Shown here: positions 36,285 to 48,332 of the stretch, one piece after another
Position numbering within the stretch: position 1 is the stretch's first letter
How the letters are laid out: each line of letters opens with the position of its first letter
From: Pocillopora damicornis
Taxonomy: Eukaryota
Assembly: GCF_003704095.1 (NCBI RefSeq)
Contig: NW_020847248.1
Span: 1,054,001-1,118,000 of the forward strand
Reading direction: 5' to 3'
DNA: 64,000 nt
The notes under the pieces: model-generated
Seen by the model: the letters and a program-made list of their open reading frames with translations, nothing else
Databases searched by the model: none
What the model was told of the DNA's origin: nothing
Position numbers and translations under genes: made by a program

Positions 36285-36525
36285 CATCTGTACCTGTATT
36301 TACTCCTGAGTGGAGAGAGGCACGTGGAATTAAAATATCTTGTTCATAACCACAACTCAATGTGTTCAGTACTGTGAAGATCGCTTTCATATTCACCTCT
36401 ATACCTGTGGTTCACATATATGATTTTGATATATTCACAGTCATTTATACAACACAATGACTTGCCCAAGGTTTGAACCAGAAACCTATTGACGCAGTGT
36501 TAAGTGCCCTAACCGTGAGGCAACT
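36285..36525 (-). mobile_element. Degenerate tRNA-derived SINE with a nested repeat (paralogue at ~43090-43600)
   Basis: atttactcctgagtggagagaggcac...cacaactcaatgtg...cccaaggtttgaaccaga...gccctaaccgtgaggc is the reverse complement of a SINE head and body. Confidence 0.55.
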
Positions 36526-37438
36526 CTTCCTAACCCCAGCAACTACTCAACTTGTGAATAAAAATCGTACGCGCTCACCAACCGTAAAATAACCTATAAA
36601 TATATAACATTATCTCTTATTTTTCGCACTGGAAAATCAGGTCAAATCAACATTCACCCAAAAGACTTGCAGAAACACTCTTCTAATTCAAGACGCACTC
36701 TTCTATCACTGTATCACAGTATACATTCTGCCACTGTAACACAGTCAATAAGATCCCAAAAATTCTCTAGCTTCACAAATTGTGGCGAGCTAACTCAGTC
36801 ACTCAGAGCCTAAGTGACGCTTCAAGATTGCGGCAATCTAACAGGAGTCTTCAGAGAACTTTAGATGATATGTAAATAAGCTTCTATGATAACATAACAA
36901 CTACTTACTTTAGCTCCACAGGGGAACATACACAACAGAATAGTTTACTTCTAGATTCGTCCTTTTAAAAGGGTCATTGAAGCGTGGTTCTAACTCCAAT
37001 GCCTCATTTCACATTGAGCGTCCTCAAGGTTGTTACTGACAGCAATTTTGCAGTCCTCGGCGGTTTAAATGAACCGCATTCAATAGTTTATGTCAAATAC
37101 CTGCACTTTTCTGAATAATTTTTTTTTTATAGTTAGCAGCGGTCACTGACTTATAACCTGGCAAGTTCCTTTGTTATATGTTTTTTCTAGACTCTTTTTT
37201 GACCTAACATGTAACAAAACCACAATAGCATTCCAATCATTATGAACTTACTGATCAATTCTTCTATCTGATTTATTCAGTCACCCTATATGAACACAAA
37301 AACAAAAGATTGTCTCAAATTTAACAAATGCGTCGTTGATGTTATCTTTCATTACTGCTGGTTATCCAAACAAGTCACCCCTGCTTAGGGTGTGTAGATA
37401 TTAATGAACAGCTCTTCTCAAGAGATCATCACAAGATC

Positions 37439-38275
37439 ATGGCTCAGCTAAAGTCATCAACACAAGTGGCCAATTCCAGTCCTCAGAGTCTTTCGCCCTT
37501 ATCTTCCCCACAGTTGGGAATGCGCCTTAAAGCAGAGTTCAATCCCGGACAAAATGACAGCGTTTCTGAAAAATCACCATGCGTTTCCTTTGTCGACGAA
37601 CACAGGGAAAATACTAAGCCACAAACAATATTACAGATTCGTGAAAGACAGAAATGGAGAAAAATGGCGCTAGCAGTGACTATGACGAGAATATTGGTGT
37701 CTGTGATTTTTGCGGGGGCATCTTTCTTCCTCTCAGCCACTTTGAACAGTTCATCTGTCCTCGCCACTGCTCTAGACACAACGCTCACCGTACTCACATG
37801 TTTCGTCTTAGTCTGGAGATTTCATGAAGAAACGAACGCGGAAATCGCTCCTCAGAAAGAAAAGCATGGATCCATTGTCTTTGGAATAGCATTCATCGTG
37901 GACGCACTGATAGTTATAGCAGTTTCAGTGAAGCACCTGACTGATAAAACCAAACCAGAAGGAGCCAGCATAATGTGGCCATGTCTACTGGCGTTTTGTT
38001 TTGTTTATTGCTTACTGGCCTGGACGGAATTCTGGATATCTTCGAAGCTTAAGAGCGCTATTCTTATAGCCCTGAGTATAGATGATGGACTTACAGGGGG
38101 GTTGATGTTTGCCCTTTCTGTGAATGAATTAATGGAATGTAAACTTCCAAACTTGTGGTATTTAGATCATTCCGCGGCGATTGCTGTTTCACTCATGCTG
38201 TTATATTGCGGCATCAAAATTCTGGTGGAGATATTTGTTCACAAGAAACTTCCTTTCCAAATTTTCAAATCATGA
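37439..38275 (+). CDS. TMEM163: TMEM163-like protein A2, 278 aa (close paralogue of 29318-30181)
   Basis: Intact ORF nearly identical to A1. The first ATG (37404) is put out of frame by an 8-nt insertion. Confidence 0.83.
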   Translation: MAQLKSSTQVANSSPQSLSPLSSPQLGMRLKAEFNPGQNDSVSEKSPCVSFVDEHRENTKPQTILQIRERQKWRKMALAVTMTRILVSVIFAGASFFLSATLNSSSVLATALDTTLTVLTCFVLVWRFHEETNAEIAPQKEKHGSIVFGIAFIVDALIVIAVSVKHLTDKTKPEGASIMWPCLLAFCFVYCLLAWTEFWISSKLKSAILIALSIDDGLTGGLMFALSVNELMECKLPNLWYLDHSAAIAVSLMLLYCGIKILVEIFVHKKLPFQIFKS

Positions 38276-39149
38276 TTTCAGGACGAATTTTCTAAAGAGG
38301 ACACGCACGACCAGTTTGTACACGGTCAGGCGAATCGCACGCAAGTGTAGCTCACAAAATGACTTGGAATTAACCCTGTCTTTCACGTTCTTTGAACCGA
38401 GTCTTCATTAAGAGAAGGACAGTTGTAACCATATTGGCCTTTGAGTCAAATGACTCAGCCCTGAGATACCATTAAATGAAACAGACTGAAACGTTGATAA
38501 TCGAGCATCGGAACTTGGGGGGATTAATTTAGCTGTTCCATGTTTCGCCAGTTATGGCTCATTGAACTAAGATTACTAATTCCCTTTAATACCGAGACTT
38601 TTATAGGGTGAATTTCACTTTGCTAGCAGTCTCGTGGATTTTTGTTCCATCGGCGCAGTTCTCAAGCGTACTGTTTGAGCTCATTGCCTTTCGAAAACTT
38701 CTCGGTATTTACAGCGACATGAAGATGACGAATACGACCTCATTTTAAAATCATGGCACGATCACTGATTTAAGCTTACCTAACATTACTGAGAGCTGCA
38801 TATTGAAACACAAAGGAAGAATGAGACTTAAACACTCCAATAACTTAAGCCTACAGGTGCGTATCATAAAATAACTGATTGAAGAAACATCATGGCACGG
38901 TCCTTGATTTTCGCTTACCTTACATTACTGAGAGCTGCACACTGAAACAGCGAAGAAAGAATGAGGCAAAATCACTCCAATTACTTAAGCCTCTCGGCGC
39001 ACATCATGATATAACTGAGTGACGAAACAAAAAAACATAACTAAGAGCGCTTTACGATTCAGATTAACCTCGGCTGGTGTTTTAAGATGCTTTAAATTAT
39101 TCATACCTGGAAAACTTCATTCGAATTATTCAGGAATCTGTTAGATTTA

Positions 39150-40031
39150 GAGGCCTGTTCCCACACCGCACACGATTGTTAAACACGATTGTTCCACATG
39201 GCTACATTTGCGATTTCCTGATTGAATGAAAATCCTACCAATTGTAGTTTCCATCGTATTTTGATAACAGAAATGCATCATTTGTAATGCAGTCCAAGCC
39301 CTTTCCTGAGCTTTCCTGACCGATATCCTGTTGCGTGAACAGTGCGAAACCTCTGGTGGATACTGGCATAAAGACAAGCTCGAAGGTGCCGTGTATTCTC
39401 CTAACCTAGGTTTCCGAAAATCCATCCCACGAGTCATCATTTCCCACTTGCCCTTGAATGAGATGACCATAAACTCATTCATTTTCTGTTCGGTTTGACC
39501 GGCTCGACGATCACGACGATAGCCTCTGTCTTTGCAATCTCTATGGAAAGGAAACTTGCAAGGTAAAATTTCTGCACAGCCCCATCCTACATTATGCATT
39601 CAGTTCTTGGATAGAGAAAACAATAACAAAAATAATACGTTGCCACTGGGAAGTCAGATTTGTTTTACAATAGTATGGGGCTGTGCGGAAATTTTACCCA
39701 ACCCATTCTTAATATAGATTTCGCCATAAAAAACAAAACACAAATGCAATAAAGCAAATATTGAGTAACGGGAATTTTTTGCTCTAATCTCGACCTGAAC
39801 ACCAAAGGCAAGAAACCGTCTTTGTCAGTTTTCATAGTGTTCTACGTCACGAAACGCTAATTCGTTCGTTACTAGTCCACGGGACACTTTTAAGACAAAA
39901 TAAGAGCATTTAAAGGGTCCGAAAAAACCGAGTTTTAAGTTTTTTGAAATTTTTCCTCTATCGGAATTGGTTTGTACTGTATGATAAGCTAAATATTTAG
40001 GCACAAAAAAATTCCGTGTCAGGAGGACTTT
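39150..40031. mobile_element. Second, further deleted copy of the Kolobok-like element
   Basis: Aligns to 32225-33900 with deletions. The right end aaaaaattccgtgtcaggaggacttt is the reverse complement of the left TIR at 31731. Confidence 0.75.
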
Positions 40032-40188
40032 CGCGAAGAGATGACTTCTGCTCTCGATTGTTTCGACAACAATGCACACACAGTATTTTTGTATTCGCAT
40101 ATCTCATTAAGGAAACACTGAATAATCCACAAGTAAGTCTTTAACACAGTACATTTCCCCAGGTAGAACTTGCATCGGCTGATATATC

Positions 40189-41049
40189 ATGGAATTGGCA
40201 AGGAACGAACCAGACATAGGGAAACGACAGATGTTTCCGCTTTCCTCACAGAATACTGTCCGAGGTTGGCAGTCACCAACACATTCACCTAAATTAGCAA
40301 CAAACTTCAGGGCTGAATTCAATCCCTCGGGAAGCGAAGGAGGTCTAGATCATTCACCTTGTGTTTCTGCTGACGACATCGGCACTAATAAACAGGAATC
40401 GGTATTGGAAATTCACGAAAGATACAAATGGAGACGAGCTATCGTTGCTGTTTCAGTTGCGAGCTTGATCACTTCAATTTTTTTTTCGGCTGCTGCATTT
40501 TACGGCACGGCTACAACAGATAGTTCTTCTGCCCTTGCCACTGCGCTCGACACTCTCCTCGCAGTTTTCAGTACTGCTGTTGTTATTTGGCGTTTCCGGG
40601 ACTATTCGAATGAGAAGGTCATGGGGCCAAGGAGGGAAAGATACGGATCAGTTGCCTTTGGTATCGCCTTTACTTTCAATGGTCTCGTAACAATTATAGT
40701 ATCTAGTTTTAACTTGGAAGATGAAAAAAGACCCAGACATGCGAACTTATTGTGGTCTGCTCTTCTTGGTTTTAGTATTACCTACTGTCTTTTAGCTACT
40801 TTGGAGTTCTGGATCTCTAAGAGATACCAAAGTTCAGTTCTCGTTTCTTTGTGTATTGACGACGCAGTCACAAGTGGTCTTTTGCTGGGTATGGCAATAA
40901 GTACTTTACTTGTGGATCAATACACTTACATGTGGTATTTAGATCATATAGTCGCCATTGTATTGGCAGTTGTTCTTCTTGCAAGTGGTGTTAAGATTCT
41001 TATCGATATTTTTGTGCGCAAAGAACTTCCTTTCCAGGTGTTGGGGTAA
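40189..41049 (+). CDS. TMEM163: TMEM163-like protein B, 286 aa (divergent paralogue)
   Basis: Motifs SSSALATALDTLLAVFSTAVVIWRF, RERYGS..G..F, SSVLVSLCIDD, WYLDH..A.....SGVKILID. Six TM segments. Confidence 0.88.
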   Translation: MELARNEPDIGKRQMFPLSSQNTVRGWQSPTHSPKLATNFRAEFNPSGSEGGLDHSPCVSADDIGTNKQESVLEIHERYKWRRAIVAVSVASLITSIFFSAAAFYGTATTDSSSALATALDTLLAVFSTAVVIWRFRDYSNEKVMGPRRERYGSVAFGIAFTFNGLVTIIVSSFNLEDEKRPRHANLLWSALLGFSITYCLLATLEFWISKRYQSSVLVSLCIDDAVTSGLLLGMAISTLLVDQYTYMWYLDHIVAIVLAVVLLASGVKILIDIFVRKELPFQVLG

Positions 41050-41231
41050 ATTCTTACCCTTGTTCCTTGTCAGGAAAACTTCTCAGAACGGGACGTGGGT
41101 GCGCTCGAGTCTTGTCAATAAACCGTCAAAACTCTACACAATAGAGTCAGTAGAGAGGAATTGTGTGCTTTGCCACCTTCACGTCTCCGAATTTCCCCAG
41201 AAAACGTGCCCTAGCCGAAAATTAGCCTCTT

Positions 41232-41321
41232 AATTTGGCTTTATCAACCGAGTTAATGTAAATTGACCACCGTAAAGTTTCCAAAAAGTGAGATTTCGTG
41301 CGTTAGCCTTCGTCAGAGCGA
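41232..41321 (-). mobile_element. Hammerhead-bearing short repeat
   Basis: Minus strand cgctCTGACGAaggctaacgcacGAAAtctc...tttacggtggtcaatttacattaactcggttgataaa. Same family as 15196 and 31351. Confidence 0.7.
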
Positions 41322-42312
41322 AAAGAAAAATAGCCAATGGAATATTGGCGAATGGAACATTATGAATATTAGCTCATTTGTTGATCAAAAAGAATATTAA
41401 ATAAAAATAGATGAAAAATATTTACTCTGGAGTGCGAGTCAATGATTTTCCTAGCCCACTATTCTATTGGAGTTCTTTTTTAATAGTCTGTCCTGTGCAA
41501 TGTACCGGGCGCTATTATTCAATTGAGAAAAATTAGTCTATTATCTAACTGAACTTAATTAGAAAACCCCTCTCTATAAGAATGGATCAACATAAAGCCT
41601 TTCTCCCTACGGCCTTGCATGAAAATGAATGAAATTGAAAACACCGAGTGCCGTTAGCATTTTAAAACTACGTTTTCGTTGGGCAAAGGAGGTACATTAT
41701 TTCGACTCTGTAAAAGTTAGCAGTCATTTTAAAATACGTGACGTTTTTTAAAAAGAAAAGTCGGACAAGGGGCAAGCCTTCACAATAGGACCTTGTACTG
41801 CCTTCGATTGATTTCAATTCCATCGCTATGGTAACAAAGCCCCAGTTTTACAAGAGAAAAGCAGGTTCTGTGTTGTGAACTTACAGCACGCACCGTCAAA
41901 ACGTGGTTCAAAAGATACTAATCATCACTCTGGGTTCAAAGATGGGAAGATTTCAATTCAAACAAACTTTTGAGTTTACCGGCCTGTTCAGTAAAAAACG
42001 GCCCGCATAACTGACCAACTATGGCGCAGGCACTAACTGACAAATATAATAAAATGCCAAACTTGCCTTTGACATGGTCTTGTATTTATTCTCTAGTAAA
42101 AAATTGTCACACGGCTCTGAATTTTGCAGATGGGCAAAAAAATTGTGGTATGATAGGGTAAGCAAGCTATAAACAAAAGTCAGGCCAAACGTTTCTCTAG
42201 CTCTAAAAGAGGTTCAAGTACTAGGTCAAGTATAATGGAATGATATATTTTTTATTCGTTTATCTTCCTTTTTCTAAAGGGACGAATGACACACATCACT
42301 TCTGGTTGCTTC

Positions 42313-45300
42313 TCATTGCTGATTAGTTGATGGTCTGTGTAGAGAAACATGTACAAATTTCTGCTTTAATTAAGACTGAACACTAAAAGTCTTCGATCAC
42401 ATCATTAAACCGTATCAACTGAGGTAAATTTTGGTAATTCAGCTGCCTCACATAAAACACTCAGAAATGATGCACTAATTTGAGCCAAACATTAATTCCA
42501 AAAGTTTTCATTTTTCTAGAAATCAAGACTCTTACGAACCCTGAAACATGTACATGTACGCAGTAGAGTTGTAATGTGAAGTGCATGGATCTTACAAATA
42601 TATTCTTACAGATACATGCCCACAAAAAAGGACTTTCAAAACATCAACTTACTTGGCCCATTCCACGCTCAAGATCAGATGATCATAACCAAATCCTTGA
42701 ACACTTTGAATAGCTCGGGCGGCATCCTCACGATGGACGAAGTTGATGAATGCAAAACCCTGCAGAACAGAAAGCGTAAAAAGGGTAAATATACTTTTTA
42801 CAAAGCTTTCATCCCTTATTCTTTGACCTCTGAGAGTGATTAGCATCTAATTTCTCCTTAAAATATCACCCCTGAATCAAACATTATGGGCATGAGAATA
42901 AAAGAAATGATCCCCAACTAAAGAAGCTCTTGATTTTTAAACAAATTCTCCTTGTCAGCACCTTAGGAAATGTAAAGAGAACAGTATGGAGAATATGCAT
43001 ACTGATGTTAGGGTGTAAAAGGTTAAAAGCCTCTAGTTGGGACAGATTTCTCCATCAAGAAGTAAGAAAGAGTATTGCAATATCTCCTTCTGAATGGGAT
43101 CCTAGTCAATCACAAGTTACCCATCAGTATTTCAACAGATTTCTGTGACAGTTCACCTGCACTTACATATACTACTGAAGAGAGGAACAGCAGGAGTAAA
43201 ATATCTGGCCCTTAAACACAACACAATGTGTTCATTACTACAAAGATTTCTTTCATATTCATTTCTACATCTGCATTTCACATATATGATTTGCATATAT
43301 TTACAGTTATTCATAGATCACAATGACTTGCCCAAGGTTTGAACCTGAAATCTTTTGACTCAGTGTTAACCCCTAAACTCCCAAGATTTCATTAGTAATT
43401 CTCCTTACTGTCTGCCAAATGATTCTCATTATGTTAGTTTGGAGAATTTGGTTTAACAGATCAATTGGTAATCCCAGAATTGATATTTTCCTTTATTCTC
43501 ATCAGTTGTCTGCATGATATTGCATAGATATAGTAAGGGGAAATTCTGTCTTGGTCACTCACGGGAGCTAAAGTGTTAAGTGCCCTAACCATTAAGCAAC
43601 TCTTTCCCCCTCCCCCCCCCCCACCCCCTTTCTGCAAAGATGAAAAGTGGATGTTTACAAGGACAAGAAACAGCTTATGCTACTATTAGACCATATATAA
43701 ATGAGATAAATTCATTCTCTCCCACAAATTCAATCCCTTGGAAAATACACACACACAGTAGACAAATTATCTTTGGAGCCACTACCTTAGACTGGTTGGT
43801 ATTCTTGTCTTTGGCCAAGAAAATCCTTGAGATTGGTCCAAATGGACGGAAGAGTTCCATGAGGTCAGATTCCCTAGTATCCTCTGACAAGTTTGTCACA
43901 CGTATTGTGGCTGTTTCATCTGAATGGAAGGTACAATAGATAGTTTTTAATACACAACTTTATCTCTTATCTTGCACACTAGAAAATCAGGTCAAATCAA
44001 CATTCAACTAAAAAACTTGCAAGACACACTCTTCTATCACTGTAGCACATAAAATTAGCACAAGGATAGATTTTGTTCCAGTGAGAGTCAATAATAGCAG
44101 TGGATAATTTTTTAAATTTCTTTGCACGCTACATATTGTATATAGCTCCACTGCTGATTCAACTCTCACGCTAACTTCCGAGGTGTCAAGGAGAAGAAAA
44201 TTAATTTTGCTCTCAAAAATACCTAGTAAGGCAAGTATACCCTACCCTTACCATCTTGAATGTCAAGTTTTTCTATCTAACTGCTCAGAGTTCAACATTG
44301 TTTTGGGGGACGGGGGAACTATTGAATAGTAATGATACCTTTTGAATTCAAAAGAATTCATCAAGTATTTTTGCTCCTGATTGCAAACCCTTAAAAGGTT
44401 TATACCTCTCTGTGACCTTGGCATAGTCTCTCCACGCCTGTTTCCAGCCCCTTCTCTCAAACTTGGTGCTATGTACTTTCCAGTTTTAGATGCTTGTGGC
44501 TGCTCCCCAGCTCCTCCTACTGCTCCTCCTGTATTATTATAAACAATTAAGAAATTTCATTGACAAGTTCATGTGCTTTACTTGCAAAAATATCAAAGTT
44601 TTAATTCTCAAGATCCTGTTAGAAAACTTTCCTAGAGGGGAGAATTTGGTGTTGGATCAGAATCAGAAGAACACCCTCTGGGTTTTTCTTTTCAATAGCT
44701 TGATAATAATAATGAAGGTTCAATAAATTAAGTGTCATCCCACAGAGTGAAATAATACCATGTTTTAAACAAAAAAAATCAAAAACCTATTTTTCCAAAT
44801 TACAAATGGTGTCTAGAGTTTAAAGATTCTAAGATGACTGAGGATAAAATTCCTTAAAAATTGATTTGTAAAATTTTTTTATATGTGCTTATCATTGGGA
44901 AAAATGTAACTTTCACTAGTATTCACAACTTTGCTTGAAAACCATCACAGGGGGAAAAGTTATATTAAGCCCTCTCTTTGCATGTTAACATATTGTACAC
45001 AGAAGAAAATAATACTACAGGACTGATGAATCATTTTTCGGTATCGGAGGGTTAAACCAAAGCTTAGAAGGTTGACATAGCTCCAAAATTTATACCTCAT
45101 TACAAATGTAGGTTGATGGTTAGTTTGTCTTTCCCTCTGTTCAGGATAAATATTTAAAATTATCACAAAAAGAAAAATACAGATGGACCTTCCAAGAGAT
45201 CATTTTATCAAGAATTCCATTTGACCCTTTACACCTTTAGAGTGATAACCAATTAATTTCTTCTCACTGTATCCCCCCTGAATCAAACATTAGGATCATG

Positions 45301-48159
45301 AGAACAAATAAAATAATTGCAAATTAAAGAAGTTCTTGACTGGTAGACAAATTCTCCTTGCAAGTTCTGTGGGAGATGTATAGAGAGCAGTAAGGAGAAC
45401 TTGCATATTGATGCTAGGGTATAAAGGGTTTACTCATAACTTGTACATTACATGTAAGCCCATAGTGGATCATCAAAGTATTAACCAATCAGGGAAAGTA
45501 TCATGCAAGCACTGTACATGAACAGCACACTTGCAGGATGTGACTGAAGAAGTAAAATGATAGTTTATAGTTTCCTAAGGCACAAAACATGTCATGAGTC
45601 AACAACAATAGTGATGCTTAATCTTTGCTACCAGTAACTAGCAATCAGTAGACAAGTGGTTGGTTGAAGTCAATACATCAGTCAACTTAATACCAATACC
45701 ACGGCTTTGGCATAAATACTGTACCATGGCATCATGTTGTCACAAAAACTTTTCCACACGAAAAAGTAACACCTTTCTATCTGGAATATGTGTACCATCC
45801 TGTTAGTTATACAAATCTAACTTGGCCTAAAATGATCAAAACAGCTTTCTAAAGGAAGTGGGGTTTATTCTAATTCATTACCAGCATCAACTGCAGATTT
45901 TGCTTCATCATCCTTGACTTGAGCTTGTATAACCTCAAGCTGATCCTTGTAAGGACACTTTGTTGTCCAGTGGTCCCCTTTACAGATACGGCACTGAACA
46001 ATCTTCTGTGAACTTTGACCTAACTTTTTCAGTGGGTCATCATTATCTTGTTGAAGGTCCTAGAGAAAAGAAAAAGACAGATTGATTGAAAACTTTTCAA
46101 TTAACAAACATATATGGCTTAGTGTCTTTAAAGCATTTATAAAGAGAGAAACAGAGAGCTCTGAAGATTCCATTATAAGCTTTCAATTCATTAAATATAA
46201 TTTTGACTTCAAACCCTGTTAAGGGTTTGGTGAAAGTTAAAAAAAAGGATGTAAACCAAAAAAAAATTTTCCTTCATAGTGACTTTTGACATGATCCAAC
46301 CAAACTACATCCTAAAGAGGATCAGAAGTGAGTTTGTCATCAACCAAGTGGTGTGGTAAAGAACAGATGGCAGTCTGTTCCCACAAACCACAGTCTGGCG
46401 CAAATTACAACATCATTTCCTCTACACTCTACTAATCCACCTTATCATTTTCCAGATGCACTGCTGATGAATAGCGTTAAAACTACCAAGTACAGCTTTT
46501 TGTACCAAATTCATTGAAAAAAAAAATTTTAAGCCAGATCCCAAAAAATATAAATGTATCACACTTAACATCTAGCTAACCACAATGTAAAGCTACCAGC
46601 TACCTTACTTAAGGACAAGTGATTTCAAATGTTTTCTATAAGAAAAAGGTGTCTACAGGCATGTTCCATGAGGCAGGTATGCAACTCCTTTTCATAAACT
46701 GTCACATACAGTTACTACTGCCATATACGAGAAACCTGCTGAGGTTTAGTCGTTTACCTCCTTATTTGTGGTGAGAATAAGGAACACATCATCAGTAACT
46801 GTTGTTGTAGAGGGATTAGGACCAGGACCATCATTCTTTGCATCTCCAAATTTTCTCCATAACTGAAATATAAAAAGAATCATTTTTAGAAGAGACTGGA
46901 CCATGACAAACACATTATAAAAAAAGCAAACAGCCTTTCAATGACATAGTACATTTAAAAATCAAACTCTGCTACCTTTCTCTTTGCAATTGTCTTAGAA
47001 ACTCTTTTCGTTTCAATTTTGAAAGTCCTCACAATCTAAGAGATAAATTAAGGGAGAAAAATTGTAAGCTCTGAAAAAAGTTCAGCAATCTAAATTTACA
47101 CTTCTAGGAAAAATCCACAATGACCAAGGTAAATTCCACAAGGGTTAAAAAAGGCACTATCAGAGTGGGAGATTGGTTTGTTTAAGGAAATTACTTGAAG
47201 AGATTTCCATATAACCCCATACTAATCAGTTCTAAACAAAGCATTGATCTAAAAGGTAAACTATTGTTTTCTGATTCTTTTCAAATGACAGTACGAATAA
47301 TGAAGTATGCAGTTATAAAGAAATCTTGCCAAAAACTCTACCAGACAGTCAAAAGTTTGATGCAGCTGCAATCAGTGTATTGTAAAAAATATATTTAACT
47401 CTGTTTGCCACATTTTAAGTGCTCTGTAAACAATACTGTTCTCTTTTCTGACACTAACCTTTAGAAGCTTTCCCTCTTCATTTCTTTTAAATTCTGTTAC
47501 GATTTTTGTGTCTCCATTGATGACTTCTGTTGGAGGAGGTATGTGGTCTACAAAGCAATTGTCACACATAATTTGAGACAAGAACACAGTTACAGCTTTC
47601 AGTGAACTAAACATTGAGTCAGAGTAGAAAAATAAGTAAATTTTTTTGGTTGGCTTTATAAATAAAAATGTCAAAGGCATCCGATTCACATATAAAGTAA
47701 ATGTGTACCCCAAGGTCAAAATATGATAAAAATCATATTATCAAAAAGGTAAAACCTTCAAAATAAAGCCAGCCTTGTGAGAAAAAACGCATAAAACTGG
47801 CCACACTGAACGAGCAGATCACATTTTAAAAGTGTTTTACCTGCTTCCCCTTCCTCTACCAAATCGGCCCAACTTGGCTTCTCACTGGAAAAACAAGAAT
47901 AATCATTCATGCTTATTACATCAGGAATTTGTGCTGCCTAACATTTACCAAGAGCCATTGGACGTTTCTAGCAAGAAAAAAGTCAAGATATCCTATAAAC
48001 CCAGAACTTAACAATTTCAAAGGAACAAGTTATATTTTCAGGCAGCCATCTTGAAACCTAAAAACTTTTGCATTGAGTCAAACGTTTAAATAAAGACTTA
48101 GTCTCTCAGAAAAAGAAAGCTAAAAGCACTTACTCGGCTTCTTTGTCGATGGCTGGCAT
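42313..48159 (-). CDS. EIF3G: Eukaryotic translation initiation factor 3 subunit G, 295 aa, 10 exons
   Basis: Exons 48134-48159, 47841-47884, 47459-47547, 46976-47035, 46758-46862, 45882-46059, 44406-44528, 43786-43919, 42653-42759, 42313-42334 (888 nt, all GT-AG). Motifs [13 protein letters not shown], zinc knuckle [28 protein letters not shown]...SKGFAFINF...[15 protein letters not shown]. Confidence 0.97.
43370..43575 (+). mobile_element. piggyBac-type MITE in eIF3g intron 8
   Basis: ttaa|cccctaaactccc...gggagctaaagtg|ttaa. Empty TTAA site in the paralogue at ~36500. Confidence 0.9.
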
Positions 48160-48332
48160 CCGTTTGCTCAAGATTATCCAAAAACTTTCAAGTTTTGGTC
48201 AAAATTTCGATCTTTTTATTTCCACGTGAATCGTCGGCTCGTCAGCTAAACTTACAGCCGCAATGACTTCGGTTTGTTTGTCAGCGGTAAAGTGAATAGA
48301 CCACAATTCCTTGAAACAGACAAATTTTCAAG
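48160..48332. promoter_or_regulatory. Bidirectional promoter between eIF3g and SPOUT1
   Basis: Only 173 bp separate the divergent ATGs. The region is locally CpG-richer. A YY1-like CAAGATGGCGG overlaps the SPOUT1 ATG, and CAAGATGGCTG lies on - at ~48043-48053. Confidence 0.75.

Larger units (their letters stand above)
28180..36720. repeat. Tandem segmental duplication, left copy
   Basis: Colinear with 36745-44046. Anchor pairs: 28181/36746, 28721/36808, 29318/37404, 30893/39147, 32240/39160, 34270/40189, 34560/41369, 35849/42653, 36630/43980. Confidence 0.92.
36745..44046. repeat. Tandem segmental duplication, right copy
   Basis: Same anchors as the left copy. Ends in eIF3g intron 7 (cactcttctatcactgta at ~44027-44044 matches ~36696-36713). 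Confidence 0.92.

Noticed and set aside
39147-39599. 150-aa ORF on the minus strand
   Set aside because: It is a chimeric off-frame reading of the decayed Kolobok/KolX remnant.
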